DNA of 64,000 nt from an uncultured Candidatus Saccharibacteria bacterium (GCA_964481125.1 CAYZSL010000003.1:4727-68726); one strand, 5' to 3'. Counted from the first letter of the stretch, positions 42,251 through 50,854 are shown. Notes: generated by a model from the sequence alone, not told the origin. A program made the numbers and translations.

Positions 42251-43374
42251 AAATACTTTTTGCCGGCGGAGGTACAGCCGGACATATCATACCGATTGTC
42301 GCTATTGCCCGAGAGCTGAGGAAAATCCGTCCGCAAAACGATTTAAAGCTTTTCTTTATCGGACCGCGGGACGATTTCGGTTATGTTCTGCTTTCCCAGG
42401 AAAACATTAAGGTAAAAACTGTTTTTGCCGGAAAAATCAGAAGGTACTTGGATTGGAAAACAGTTCTCCGTAATTTTGTTGACGTTTGCATAAAAATTCC
42501 CATCGGCATCATCCAATCCTTTTTCCATATTTTCTTTATGTCTCCTGATTTGGTTTTTTCCAAAGGCGGATTCGGATCTATTCCAGTGGTTATTGCCGCT
42601 AAAATGCTTTTCGTGCCGGTATTCCTGCACGAGTCTGACGTTGCTCCGGGAGCAGCCAATAAGTTCTTAAGCGACCTTACTTTCAAGATTTTCGTTTCCT
42701 TTCCGAAAACAGAATATTTCCCCCGGGGAAAAATGGTCTTAGTGGGCAATCCGACCAGAAAAGAACTGATGGACAGCAATAAAGAAGAAGCAAAAAAGTT
42801 TTTCAATTTAAATTCAAACAAGCCCGTCCTCCTGATTCTGGGAGGTTCGCAGGGATCGCAAAGGATAAACGACGGCATTCTTGATATTCTGCCGCAGCTT
42901 TTAAAGGATTTTGAACTGATCCACCAGTGCGGCGAAAACAATTATCAGACAACAAGAGCAGAATCAAAAGCAGTGATGAAGACAGAAGAAGAGCCCTTTT
43001 ACCATCTTTTTCCTTTTTTAAAAGAACCTGAACTGCGCCGGGCATATGCTGTAGCTGATTTGATCATCAGCCGGGCAGGCGCTGGTAGTATATTCGAAAT
43101 TGCCGCTGTAGCCAAGCCTTCAATTCTCATTCCTTTGCCGGAAGCCGCCCAGAATCACCAAGTAAAAAACGCTTATTCTTACCAAGAAAACGGAGCCTGT
43201 TTGGTTATTGAAGAAAATAATTTCACTCCCAGCCTTTTTCTTGAAAAGTTAAAAACTCTTTTTACCGATCAGGAAGAATTAAAACGAATGGCTGAAAAAG
43301 CTAAAGCCTTTTCCAAGATAGAAGCAGCCAAGACCATTGCCAATTATCTTAACCAATATCTTAACGAAAAATGA
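42247..43374 (+). CDS. murG: undecaprenyldiphospho-muramoylpentapeptide beta-N-acetylglucosaminyltransferase
   Basis: 375 aa. GGGTAGHIIP, ISRAGAGS. Confidence 0.9.
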   Translation: MKILFAGGGTAGHIIPIVAIARELRKIRPQNDLKLFFIGPRDDFGYVLLSQENIKVKTVFAGKIRRYLDWKTVLRNFVDVCIKIPIGIIQSFFHIFFMSPDLVFSKGGFGSIPVVIAAKMLFVPVFLHESDVAPGAANKFLSDLTFKIFVSFPKTEYFPRGKMVLVGNPTRKELMDSNKEEAKKFFNLNSNKPVLLILGGSQGSQRINDGILDILPQLLKDFELIHQCGENNYQTTRAESKAVMKTEEEPFYHLFPFLKEPELRRAYAVADLIISRAGAGSIFEIAAVAKPSILIPLPEAAQNHQVKNAYSYQENGACLVIEENNFTPSLFLEKLKTLFTDQEELKRMAEKAKAFSKIEAAKTIANYLNQYLNEK

Positions 43375-44843
43375 TCAGCGAAGATTTCAAATTCATAAAG
43401 CCTGGCGAGGTAAGAACGAGAATAGCCCCTTCGCCCACAGGACATTTCCATATAGGTTCAGCCAGAACCGCTCTTTTCAATTATCTTTTTTCCAAGAAGC
43501 ACAAGGGAAGCTTTGTTTTGAGGATTGAAGATACGGACCAAGAAAGATCATCGGCCGAATTTGAAAAAGACATTATGGAAAGCTTGAAATGGCTCGGCCT
43601 TAACTGGGACGAGGGCCCTGATACCGAAGAAAAATACGGTCCTTACAGGCAGAGCCAGAGAACTGATATTTATAAAAAGTATATGGAAAAACTGATTGTG
43701 GAAGATAAAGTTTACTACTGCTTTTGTTCTGAACAGGATTTGGAAGCTGAAAGGCAATACCAGATGTCCCAGGGGTTAACTCCTCATTATTCCGGCCAAT
43801 GTGCCAGCTTGGACAAAAAAACAGTAAAGAAATATTTAGATGAAAAAAGACCATCAATAATACGTTTCAGGATCGCTCAAAAAAAAGTTGCTTTTGAAGA
43901 TTTGATACGGGGGCACTTGGAATTCGACGCCTCTTTGATGGGGGATATGGTCATTGCCAAAAGTCTGGATTCGCCTTTATATAATTTCGCTGCGGTTATT
44001 GATGATTTTGAAATGAAAATCTCCCACATCATCAGGGGAGAAGACCACATTTCCAACACTCCGAAACAAATCCTGCTTCAGGAGGCTTTAGGATTTCCCC
44101 AGCCTTTATACGCCCACCTGCCCCTTATATTGGGAGAAGACAGGGCGAAAATGAGCAAAAGAGAAGGTTCTGCTTCAGTTTATGATTTCAGGAAAGAAGG
44201 CTATTTGCCCGAGGCCCTGATTAATTTCATGGCGTTTTTAGGCTGGAATCCGGGAGACGAAAGAGAAATATATTCTCTGCCTTCTTTAATCAAGGAATTC
44301 TCTTTGGAAAAAATCCAAAAAGGCGGAGCTATTTTTAATATTAAAAAGCTGGATTTTTTAAACGGCTTTTACATCAGGCAGCGCTCTACTGAAAAACTGG
44401 CAGAATTATGCCTTCCTTATTTGGCTGCAGCCGGATTGCCCATAAAAACTGAATCTGACGATCTGGTGAAAATCGTTTCACTCTACCAAGAAAGACTGAA
44501 AAAACTTTCTGAAATCGTTGAGTTGGCTGATTTCTTTTTCAAAGACAAACTTGATTACGAGAAAGATATGCTAAAATGGAAAGAGATGTCAGATAAAGAA
44601 ATAAAAGATTCTCTTGATAAAACTGAAAAGCTGCTGTCCAAAATAGGGGAGTGGCGCAAAGAAAAACTGGAAGAGGTTTTATCGGAAGAAGCTGAGAAAA
44701 CAAACAATAGGGGAGCAATACTTTGGCCACTGAGAGTAGCGCTTACCGCTAAGGAAGCATCGGCCGGACCGTTTGAAATAGCAGAAATCCTGGGAAAAGA
44801 AAAAACATTAAAAAGAATAAAAGAAGCTAAAGAGCTTTTCTAA
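43371..44843 (+). CDS. gltX: glutamate--tRNA ligase
   Basis: 490 aa. PSPTGHFHIGSART (HIGH), KMSKR. Confidence 0.9.
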   Translation: MISEDFKFIKPGEVRTRIAPSPTGHFHIGSARTALFNYLFSKKHKGSFVLRIEDTDQERSSAEFEKDIMESLKWLGLNWDEGPDTEEKYGPYRQSQRTDIYKKYMEKLIVEDKVYYCFCSEQDLEAERQYQMSQGLTPHYSGQCASLDKKTVKKYLDEKRPSIIRFRIAQKKVAFEDLIRGHLEFDASLMGDMVIAKSLDSPLYNFAAVIDDFEMKISHIIRGEDHISNTPKQILLQEALGFPQPLYAHLPLILGEDRAKMSKREGSASVYDFRKEGYLPEALINFMAFLGWNPGDEREIYSLPSLIKEFSLEKIQKGGAIFNIKKLDFLNGFYIRQRSTEKLAELCLPYLAAAGLPIKTESDDLVKIVSLYQERLKKLSEIVELADFFFKDKLDYEKDMLKWKEMSDKEIKDSLDKTEKLLSKIGEWRKEKLEEVLSEEAEKTNNRGAILWPLRVALTAKEASAGPFEIAEILGKEKTLKRIKEAKELF

Positions 44844-44844
44844 A

Positions 44845-45216
44845 ATGAAAAAGATAATCGTAATTTCAATATTAGTTTGCTTTCTCTTACCCACTTTTTC
44901 TTTTGCCCAAAAGATGCCGGAAACCATGGAAGAAGCCGGACAATTCGGCGAAAAATTATTTGAAGAAGGTGAAAGGCAAATGCCGGGAATAGTTGAAAAA
45001 ATGTGGAACGAAGACGTTCTGCCCATCTGGCAGAAAATGTGGGGCTGGCTTTCTTCATACATCAACTCAAAGATTATGAGCTGGCTTAGTCCGGAAGTCG
45101 AAAAAAGAAAAGAAATCTTCCAAGAAAACTTTCCTGAAGAAAAAGAGGAAATGAAACAGGAAGCGAAAAACGAAGCGTCCTCATTGTGGAATAAATTTAA
45201 AGAACTAATAAAATAA
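44845..45216 (+). CDS. secreted hypothetical protein
   Basis: 123 aa. Signal peptide MKKIIVISILVCFLLPTFSFA. Confidence 0.5.
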   Translation: MKKIIVISILVCFLLPTFSFAQKMPETMEEAGQFGEKLFEEGERQMPGIVEKMWNEDVLPIWQKMWGWLSSYINSKIMSWLSPEVEKRKEIFQENFPEEKEEMKQEAKNEASSLWNKFKELIK

Positions 45217-45220
45217 AACT

Positions 45221-45829
45221 ATGAAAGAAATTTTAACTAAAGAAATTGCCGACAAGTTAATGAATATAAAAGGGGAGGCCAGAGGCATTGCCATAAAGCA
45301 AGATGGTGAATACATTTTAAAAGAAAAAGGCAGGGAAGGTCTGGAAAAAGTGGAAAAAGAAATGGAAAAAGCAGGCTATCCTTTTAAATATTCTAAAATA
45401 AACAACATGAAATTTTATCCGGCAGGATTAAGGGCCTTGTCTTTGCTGGCCTTTAAACAGGCTTTTGATTCCGACGATGAAGCTATCAGAAAGGTTTGCG
45501 CTTTCCAGCCCAAAACTTCTTTGGTCATCAGATTGTTTGCCAAATATTTTTTTTCAATTCCCAATATAATGAAAAGGGCTCAGGATATGTGGGGGAAATA
45601 TTGGAATATAGGTAAATTGACTTTCGTAGAATATGATGAAAAAGGAGGCCGCGCCGTTTTAAAGGTAGAGGATATGGAATTAGATCCTATTTGGTGCAGG
45701 TGCAACGAAGGATACATGGCTTCTTTGGCTGAGCTGGTTTTACCCAAAAAAGGCAAAAAAATACAATGCAGGGAAACTAAATGCCCGTCCAAGGGCGATA
45801 AATATCACGAGTTTGTGATAACTTTTTAA
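45221..45829 (+). CDS. hypothetical protein (possibly DUF2378-like)
   Basis: 202-aa ORF. Only a weak resemblance recalled. Confidence 0.45.
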   Translation: MKEILTKEIADKLMNIKGEARGIAIKQDGEYILKEKGREGLEKVEKEMEKAGYPFKYSKINNMKFYPAGLRALSLLAFKQAFDSDDEAIRKVCAFQPKTSLVIRLFAKYFFSIPNIMKRAQDMWGKYWNIGKLTFVEYDEKGGRAVLKVEDMELDPIWCRCNEGYMASLAELVLPKKGKKIQCRETKCPSKGDKYHEFVITF

Positions 45830-45835
45830 TTCATA

Positions 45836-45852
45836 TTATTGTGCGACATTAA
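45836..45852. repeat. candidate recombinase core site L: TTATTGT-GCG-ACATTAA
   Basis: Its reverse complement matches site R (48410-48426) at 16 of 17 nt, including the 13-nt block TGTCGCACAATAA. Confidence 0.4.
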
Positions 45853-45865
45853 AAAATGATACAGG

Positions 45866-45900
45866 CCATTAGGGCAGGGAACTCTAATGGTTTTTGTTTT
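45866..45900 (+). terminator. rho-independent terminator
   Basis: CCATTAG-N11-CTAATGG followed by TTTTT. Confidence 0.75.
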
Positions 45901-45909
45901 CTTTGGCGC

Positions 45910-45939
45910 TTGACAACACGTCTGTGGAAAATATATAAT
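45910..45939 (+). promoter_or_regulatory. orphan consensus promoter TTGACA-18-TATAAT
   Basis: TTGACA 45910-45915, TATAAT 45934-45939. No plus-strand ORF downstream before the terminator at 46186. Confidence 0.55.
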
Positions 45940-45945
45940 TAAAGT

Positions 45946-46219
45946 AGGAGATTAGCTTTATCGTATTTCAAAGGACAAGGAGGAAGCAAATCTCTTAAGA
46001 GAAAGATTTGGACATTAGCTCCTATGTAAAGGGTTAACAACATATAATCCTGGCGGAGCAAACACTTCAACCCAATCTCTCTCTTTACCGAACAAAGTTC
46101 TTTTTATTAAACACTGTTCTTTCCTGATTATCTCGCCAACTATGATTGGCATATAAACTCCTACATCCAATTCCGTAAGAGTAAAGGGCTCACTATTTGT
46201 TCTATTGTGAGTCCTTTTT
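45946..46219 (+). ncRNA. candidate ~270-nt non-coding transcript (or antisense RNA to the 45-aa minus-strand ORF)
   Basis: Delimited by the promoter above and the terminator hairpin GGGCTCAC-N13-GTGAGTCC + T5 (46186-46219). Confidence 0.25.
46015..46152 (-). CDS. 45-aa ORF candidate, divergent from the recombinase gene
   Basis: MPIIVGEIIRKEQCLIKRTLFGKERDWVEVFAPPGLYVVNPLHRS. SD AGGAG 5 nt upstream of the ATG at 46152. Below the ORF-track cutoff. Confidence 0.25.
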   Translation of the reverse strand: MPIIVGEIIRKEQCLIKRTLFGKERDWVEVFAPPGLYVVNPLHRS

Positions 46220-46255
46220 CCCTTTTTATACAGAGATAAGTATTGAGGGGAGCAC

Positions 46256-46283
46256 TTGACAGGCCTTTTGGGCTTGATATTAT
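46256..46283 (+). promoter_or_regulatory. promoter TTGACA-16-TATTAT with a TGn extension
   Basis: Read directly upstream of the recombinase gene. Confidence 0.55.
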
Positions 46284-46328
46284 GAGTATAGACTAGTGCG
46301 TATAATATCCCTTACACGCATAAAGAAT

Positions 46329-47273
46329 ATGAGCAAATTACAGCTACCTTATTTAGATGACTTTCTTCTAGGGCTTCAAACAAGGAATCTTTCAGAAGAA
46401 ACTGTATATAATTATGAACGGGACTTAAAAGTTTTTGAAAATTTTTTGAATGAGATTAATACCCCATTCGAAAAGATTGACAAGAAAACTGTTCTTAATT
46501 ATAAAGCTTACCTAACTTCCCAAGACCGCAGGACTCCAAAATCTATCCTTGGAAAGAAAAGATTGGCCAGTTTCTCGATGAATAGAATGCTTTCTACTCT
46601 TAGATCTTATTTAAGATTCCTAACAAATATAGATTGTGCTATACCCGTTCCTCCCAATGCCATAGAGCTGGTAAAAACTGAAAAAAATCTGCCCCGCGTC
46701 GGAGAGTTTGATGAAATAAAAAAACTAGTTGAAGCTCCCACGCAACTGGAAAAAAACAAAATCGTCTCTTTGCGTAATCGAGCAATATTAGAAACTTTCT
46801 TTTCTACAGGGGCAAGAATTTCAGAGCTTATAAACATCAAGATGAGTGATATTGATAAGAATGGCCGAATTTTCATCAAAGGCAAAGGAAAAAAAGAAAG
46901 ATTTGTTTATCTAACACCTAGGGCCCAAAGGCATATTGGAAAATATTTGGATGTTCGTGCTGGAGGTGAATCTCCTTACTTATTTGTTCCCTATCGTGGA
47001 AGAAACGTAAACCTTAAAGCGAAAAAGCTTTCTCCTAACTATTTAGAAGAAAGAATTAAAAAATATCGGGAATTACTTGGTCTGAATATTCCCATTACTC
47101 CTCACGGTCTCCGCAGAGCTTTTGCTACATTTTTAGCTGAAAAAGGAGCCAGTGTAGCTGCAATTCAGATATTATTGGGCCATGAATCTTTGGATACTAC
47201 CACGCGTTACGTTCGAATTTCCAATCGTTTCGCAGAAAAAAGCTTCCAAAAATATCATCCGCTAAAAGAATAA
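46329..47273 (+). CDS. tyrosine recombinase (XerC/XerD/integrase family)
   Basis: ATG at 46329 (alternative GTG at 46296). Catalytic pattern GARISEL .. HGLRRAFAT .. LLGHESLDTTTRY. Confidence 0.85.
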   Translation: MSKLQLPYLDDFLLGLQTRNLSEETVYNYERDLKVFENFLNEINTPFEKIDKKTVLNYKAYLTSQDRRTPKSILGKKRLASFSMNRMLSTLRSYLRFLTNIDCAIPVPPNAIELVKTEKNLPRVGEFDEIKKLVEAPTQLEKNKIVSLRNRAILETFFSTGARISELINIKMSDIDKNGRIFIKGKGKKERFVYLTPRAQRHIGKYLDVRAGGESPYLFVPYRGRNVNLKAKKLSPNYLEERIKKYRELLGLNIPITPHGLRRAFATFLAEKGASVAAIQILLGHESLDTTTRYVRISNRFAEKSFQKYHPLKE

Positions 47274-47275
47274 TT

Positions 47276-47818
47276 ATGTCCTATTTGCCTAAACCTAAGA
47301 CACTTTGGAAAAATTGGAATACGGTAGAAAAAAAGATTGAAGAAGAAACATTTTGGCTAAACAATGCTATAAATACTTTCTTTAAAGAAGAAAAAGGTGC
47401 TCCTATGGGATGTCGCGAATGCTTTCTACGAAGAATTGCTATTTTAATTGTCTCAGGAAAAGTAAAAGCAAAAGAAATTACAAGATCCCCAATTTTAAAA
47501 AGTTTTTGGATTAATAAAAAACTGAGGAAAAAGAATAAAACCAAAAAATGTCATGGAAGTGATTGGCACCAAGAAACAATGGAAAAAATTGAAAGTCATT
47601 TTCTTTCTCTCGGTTTTAAAGTAGACAGCGAGCCAGAAATACATGGTGGTCGCGCCGATCTAGGAATATTTAAAAAGGGTAAACCAAATTTATATATTGA
47701 AGTAGGAACAACTTCCTTTTTTAAACTTTGGTTAAATTTAGAAAGAAAAAGAATAAAAAAATTTATCTATTTGATAGTACCTAATGACGATAAATTAATT
47801 GAATTTACTTGTTTATGA
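47276..47818 (+). CDS. hypothetical protein, possibly PD-(D/E)xK nuclease-like
   Basis: 180 aa. The GGRADLGIFKKGKPNLYIEVGT segment resembles a nuclease core but lacks the Lys. Confidence 0.35.
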   Translation: MSYLPKPKTLWKNWNTVEKKIEEETFWLNNAINTFFKEEKGAPMGCRECFLRRIAILIVSGKVKAKEITRSPILKSFWINKKLRKKNKTKKCHGSDWHQETMEKIESHFLSLGFKVDSEPEIHGGRADLGIFKKGKPNLYIEVGTTSFFKLWLNLERKRIKKFIYLIVPNDDKLIEFTCL

Positions 47819-48306
47819 ATATATCTAAAATAGTCAATGAAACCAGCTGTTTTGACCTACAGTTCCGCAGAGATGTCAGGCATAAAAGAACTAACTCTCC
47901 CATATACTACTCCTGGAAGGCGCAGTTTGTCATTGTCGGTTCTATCGATAAAGAAGAGCTGTTAAGGAGGATAAAAGAAACCTTGGACTGCGGCCGGCTC
48001 CACTATATTACTGGAACCCAGATAAGGTATTCTGTGCAGAATATTGACGAGCTTCACGATAAAATTGTTCCCTTTTTCAAAGAACATTCTCTTTCCGAAG
48101 ACAAAAAGAAAGATTTCGAACTTTGGTCTGAAGCAATTGCCATTCTTTATCAAAATAAAGGCAAAGCTCTCAGCCAATGGCCTAAGGAGCGATTTGAACG
48201 ATTAATAACTATCCAAAAATCATCCCAGCAGTATAAAAGCAAAAAAAACAGGATTCCAAAGTGGATTCCTGTGGCTCAAGCTGTCTTGGAACATCTCACA
48301 AAATAG
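47815..48306 (+). CDS. LAGLIDADG homing-endonuclease-like protein with a degenerate/truncated N-terminal motif
   Basis: The ATG at 47815 overlaps the upstream TGA. Collinear with the single-motif LAGLIDADG family (W.AQF.I..S.DKEELL..IKETL..G.....G..IRYSV.NIDEL.DKIVPFF..H.L...KKKDFELW). The motif position reads IVNETSCF. Confidence 0.55.
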   Translation: MNISKIVNETSCFDLQFRRDVRHKRTNSPIYYSWKAQFVIVGSIDKEELLRRIKETLDCGRLHYITGTQIRYSVQNIDELHDKIVPFFKEHSLSEDKKKDFELWSEAIAILYQNKGKALSQWPKERFERLITIQKSSQQYKSKKNRIPKWIPVAQAVLEHLTK

Positions 48307-48327
48307 CCTTATTCCCCCCTTATTTTT

Positions 48328-48347
48328 AGGCCAAAATAGGCCTTTTT
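48328..48347 (+). terminator. rho-independent terminator candidate
   Basis: AGGCC-aaaata-GGCCT followed by TTTTT. Confidence 0.6.
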
Positions 48348-48409
48348 AGCCCTATTATAGCTTATATAGTATAAAACTACCCTCCTTCCCTATTTACCGT
48401 TATACCCTA

Positions 48410-48426
48410 TTATTGTCGCACAATAA
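48410..48426. repeat. candidate recombinase core site R: perfect palindrome TTATTGT-CGC-ACAATAA
   Basis: See site L. Three CCCTATT(A/T) repeats lie just upstream, at about 48351, 48388 and 48405. Confidence 0.4.
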
Positions 48427-48432
48427 ATTAGA

Positions 48433-48465
48433 AAGCTCTCCTCGTAAGAAGAGAGCTTCTTTTTT
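48433..48465. terminator. bidirectional terminator
   Basis: AAGCTCTC-N10-GAGAGCTT followed by a T-run. Lies between convergent genes. Confidence 0.7.
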
Positions 48466-48488
48466 GATTTCTTTGCAGGTTATTGGTT

Positions 48489-49007
48489 CTATCTTCGCCG
48501 CAAGGCTATTATTCTGGTAAGCGTGGACTGCTGCACTAAATTTTCGTCTAGAACATGAATCGTAGGGAAACGACAACCTGTTGTAGATACTCTATCGTGG
48601 GTTTTGAAAATTTTTATGATCAGCTCTCGAGATCCTTGTCCCCTGCTATCAGTTTCACTAAGTAAACCAGGGTCAAACTCATCTCTCCAACCACATGCTG
48701 GACAAAAAGCAGTATATCCTAAAGGAGAAATAACCTCTTTAATCTCCTGGGTCAATCCCCCTTCTTGGAACAATTCCCTTGCTCTTTTGCCAAGCTGGGT
48801 ATTGGTGGTTTTCACAAATTCATGTATCATCAACTGGCCATCACTCGCTGAAATTAAAATCAATTCGTTACCAATACAGATAGTGATGTTTGCGTCGCCG
48901 TAAGGATTATTCAGCGACTCCTTACCCCAATAGTGTCCTTTCAACCAAGCCTTACTCCATAAAGACTGCAAAAGCTTTCTAGCCCTCAACAACAAATCAT
49001 AGTTCAT
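48489..49007 (-). CDS. hypothetical protein
   Basis: 172-aa ORF. SD GGGAGGA 5 nt upstream. TTGATT-17-TATAAT promoter on the minus strand at about 49035-49063. Confidence 0.5.
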   Translation of the reverse strand: MNYDLLLRARKLLQSLWSKAWLKGHYWGKESLNNPYGDANITICIGNELILISASDGQLMIHEFVKTTNTQLGKRARELFQEGGLTQEIKEVISPLGYTAFCPACGWRDEFDPGLLSETDSRGQGSRELIIKIFKTHDRVSTTGCRFPTIHVLDENLVQQSTLTRIIALRRR

Positions 49008-49114
49008 TTCAATCCTCCCTAATAAAAATAGCTGATAATATTATATTAAAAATAAACAAAAAAATCAAGCTGCAAAACTTGACACTAACTCTTAAATAAT
49101 AGTGTAATAAATAT

Positions 49115-49190
49115 CGAATTAAAACGTCTTAATATTAAGAGAAAACTAATCCCGCTCGCGGGATTGTACCCGCCCTACGGCGGGTTTTTC
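49115..49190 (+). ncRNA. candidate ~75-nt small RNA (could also be just the uppS terminator region)
   Basis: TTGACA (49079-49084)-18-TGTAAT (49103-49108). Then palindrome TCTTAATATTAAGA, hairpins ATCCCG-ctcg-CGGGAT (49149-49164) and ACCCGCC-ctac-GGCGGGT (49168-49185), and T5. Confidence 0.2.
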
Positions 49191-49192
49191 GT

Positions 49193-49909
49193 TCAGGCGC
49201 CTAATCTCCTTTCTCTGTTTGAATAATCATTAATGATTTTTTCAAATTCTTTTGGACCGAAATCGGGACAAAAAGTTTTTGTAAAATGAAGCTGTGAGTA
49301 AGCCGTGTCCCACATCATGAAACCGGCAGAAACGTGCGGATCGTTTTTGCAGCCCGTTCTGATAAGCAGATCGACTGGCGGCAGATCTTTTGTCCAAAGA
49401 TTTTCTTTTATCAAAGTTTTATTAATTTTTATTTTTTTCTTCTGGTAAAGTTTGGATATTCTCTCAATACAGTCTCTCATCTCGTCGGTTCCGTCGTAAG
49501 CCAAAAGAAAAGTCAAAAAATAATTATTGTAATTTTTAGTCGCTGCCAAAGACATTTCTATCGCTTCCTGGGCTTTCTCGGGCAAAATCTCTTTCCATCG
49601 GCCGATAACATTTATTTTCACTTTGTTCTTGTGGATTTCTTTATCTTTAGCTATTCTTTCAAAATGTTCGGTATATAGCTTAAATAGAAAATCCACCTCT
49701 TTTTTAGGCCTTTTGGTCAGATTATCCCAGGAGCCGGCCCAGAAAGTAATGTATGGAATTCCAAGCTCTTTGCCTTTCTTCAATATCTTCTCAAACATTT
49801 TTATACCCTGCTGGTGGCCAATCCAGGCACTCAATCCCCTTTTCTGCGCCCATCTGCGGTTACCGTCAGGAATAATGGATACATGTTTGGGAATGTTTTT
49901 ATTAGACAT
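49193..49909 (-). CDS. uppS: isoprenyl transferase (undecaprenyl diphosphate synthase)
   Basis: ATG at 49909; the track ORF extends to 49936. HVSIIPDGNRRWA. Confidence 0.9.
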   Translation of the reverse strand: MSNKNIPKHVSIIPDGNRRWAQKRGLSAWIGHQQGIKMFEKILKKGKELGIPYITFWAGSWDNLTKRPKKEVDFLFKLYTEHFERIAKDKEIHKNKVKINVIGRWKEILPEKAQEAIEMSLAATKNYNNYFLTFLLAYDGTDEMRDCIERISKLYQKKKIKINKTLIKENLWTKDLPPVDLLIRTGCKNDPHVSAGFMMWDTAYSQLHFTKTFCPDFGPKEFEKIINDYSNRERRLGA

Positions 49910-49913
49910 AATT

Positions 49914-50849
49914 TTAAAGTAAAAAATCGCTTTCAATTTTAATGCTTTTCGGCAGAATCCAAGGAAAATGGAATCCGAAAAAGTAAACCAGCTTTACGGC
50001 CAGTTTCGAAAATATAATCCGCGGAATAAAAAAAACTTTAACTGCTCTAATATATTTTATAAAATCAGGGAAATTTTTCAAGAGTAAATCTGCAGCGATC
50101 AAGCCCCAGACCACTCCCCCGCCAGACCAGGGTTTGCAAAGTCCGGCAGCATCCCCGCAAAGTGTAACCTGTTTTTGAGAAAGAAAAAGGAAACTCTGAG
50201 GGACAAGCGCTGATGTTATTCTTTCCAAATGAAGATTATTTTTCTTTAAAAATTCTTCAAAAACATCTTTCACTTCTTTCGAATTGCCGATTACGCCGTA
50301 TTCAATCTCATTGCCCCTGGGAATCTTCCAGATAAAACCTTGATTTATCGGCCAAGTCTCAACAAAATCAGAATTGTCTTGTTTCGCTAAAAATCCCTGT
50401 ATGGCCAGACGAACGTCCAACTCTTTCGGACTCAAACTTTTTCTGACTGCAGAATTCGGACCGTCACAACCGATAACTCTTTCGAAGTCTTCTTTTAATT
50501 CAGAGACATCGGTTACTGCATGCTTTAACATAATCCTTGCGCCTGATTTCTCAGCCAAATCAGCTGCCAAGTTATCAAGCTCAAGATGGCTCATGACGAA
50601 AAACTTTTTGGAAAATATGACTTTAACAGTTTTTTTCGGAAAATGAATCAAAACAGAATTAATCTGGTTTTGAATCAAATCCCTGCTTTGGGGAATAAAA
50701 TCCAAAATCCTCTGGCTAAACAATCCGGAGCAAGCTTCTTTTCCTATTCTATCTCTCTTTTCAAAAACAATAACCTCATGGCCCTTTTTCGAAAGGCGCC
50801 TCGCTAAATAAAGCCCGTTGATACCTGCTCCGACAATAGCTATTTTCAT
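49914..50849 (-). CDS. FAD-dependent oxidoreductase (geranylgeranyl reductase-like)
   Basis: 311 aa. MKIAIVGAGINGLYLARRL dinucleotide-binding motif. Confidence 0.7.
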   Translation of the reverse strand: MKIAIVGAGINGLYLARRLSKKGHEVIVFEKRDRIGKEACSGLFSQRILDFIPQSRDLIQNQINSVLIHFPKKTVKVIFSKKFFVMSHLELDNLAADLAEKSGARIMLKHAVTDVSELKEDFERVIGCDGPNSAVRKSLSPKELDVRLAIQGFLAKQDNSDFVETWPINQGFIWKIPRGNEIEYGVIGNSKEVKDVFEEFLKKNNLHLERITSALVPQSFLFLSQKQVTLCGDAAGLCKPWSGGGVVWGLIAADLLLKNFPDFIKYIRAVKVFFIPRIIFSKLAVKLVYFFGFHFPWILPKSIKIESDFLL

Positions 50850-50854
50850 AGGTT

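Larger units (their letters stand above)
45836..48426. mobile_element. candidate 2.6-kb tyrosine-recombinase cassette bounded by inverted core sites
   Basis: Sites L and R flank an orphan promoter/terminator unit, a recombinase gene, a hypothetical gene and a degenerate LAGLIDADG gene. Confidence 0.35.

Noticed and set aside
45975-45995. SRP RNA (4.5S) helix-8-like string GGACAAGGAGGAAGCAAA, and a similar GCGGAAAGCAAAGG at 11662-11675
   Set aside because: The resemblance to GGUCCGGAAGGAAGCAGCC is superficial. The flanks cannot form the closing stem around a GNAR tetraloop, so I make no SRP call.
47000-48430. Group I intron or rRNA host context for the LAGLIDADG-like gene
   Set aside because: The flanking sequence is ordinary coding or AT-rich intergenic DNA. 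I could see no rRNA- or tRNA-like exons and no P-helix-like GC structure.
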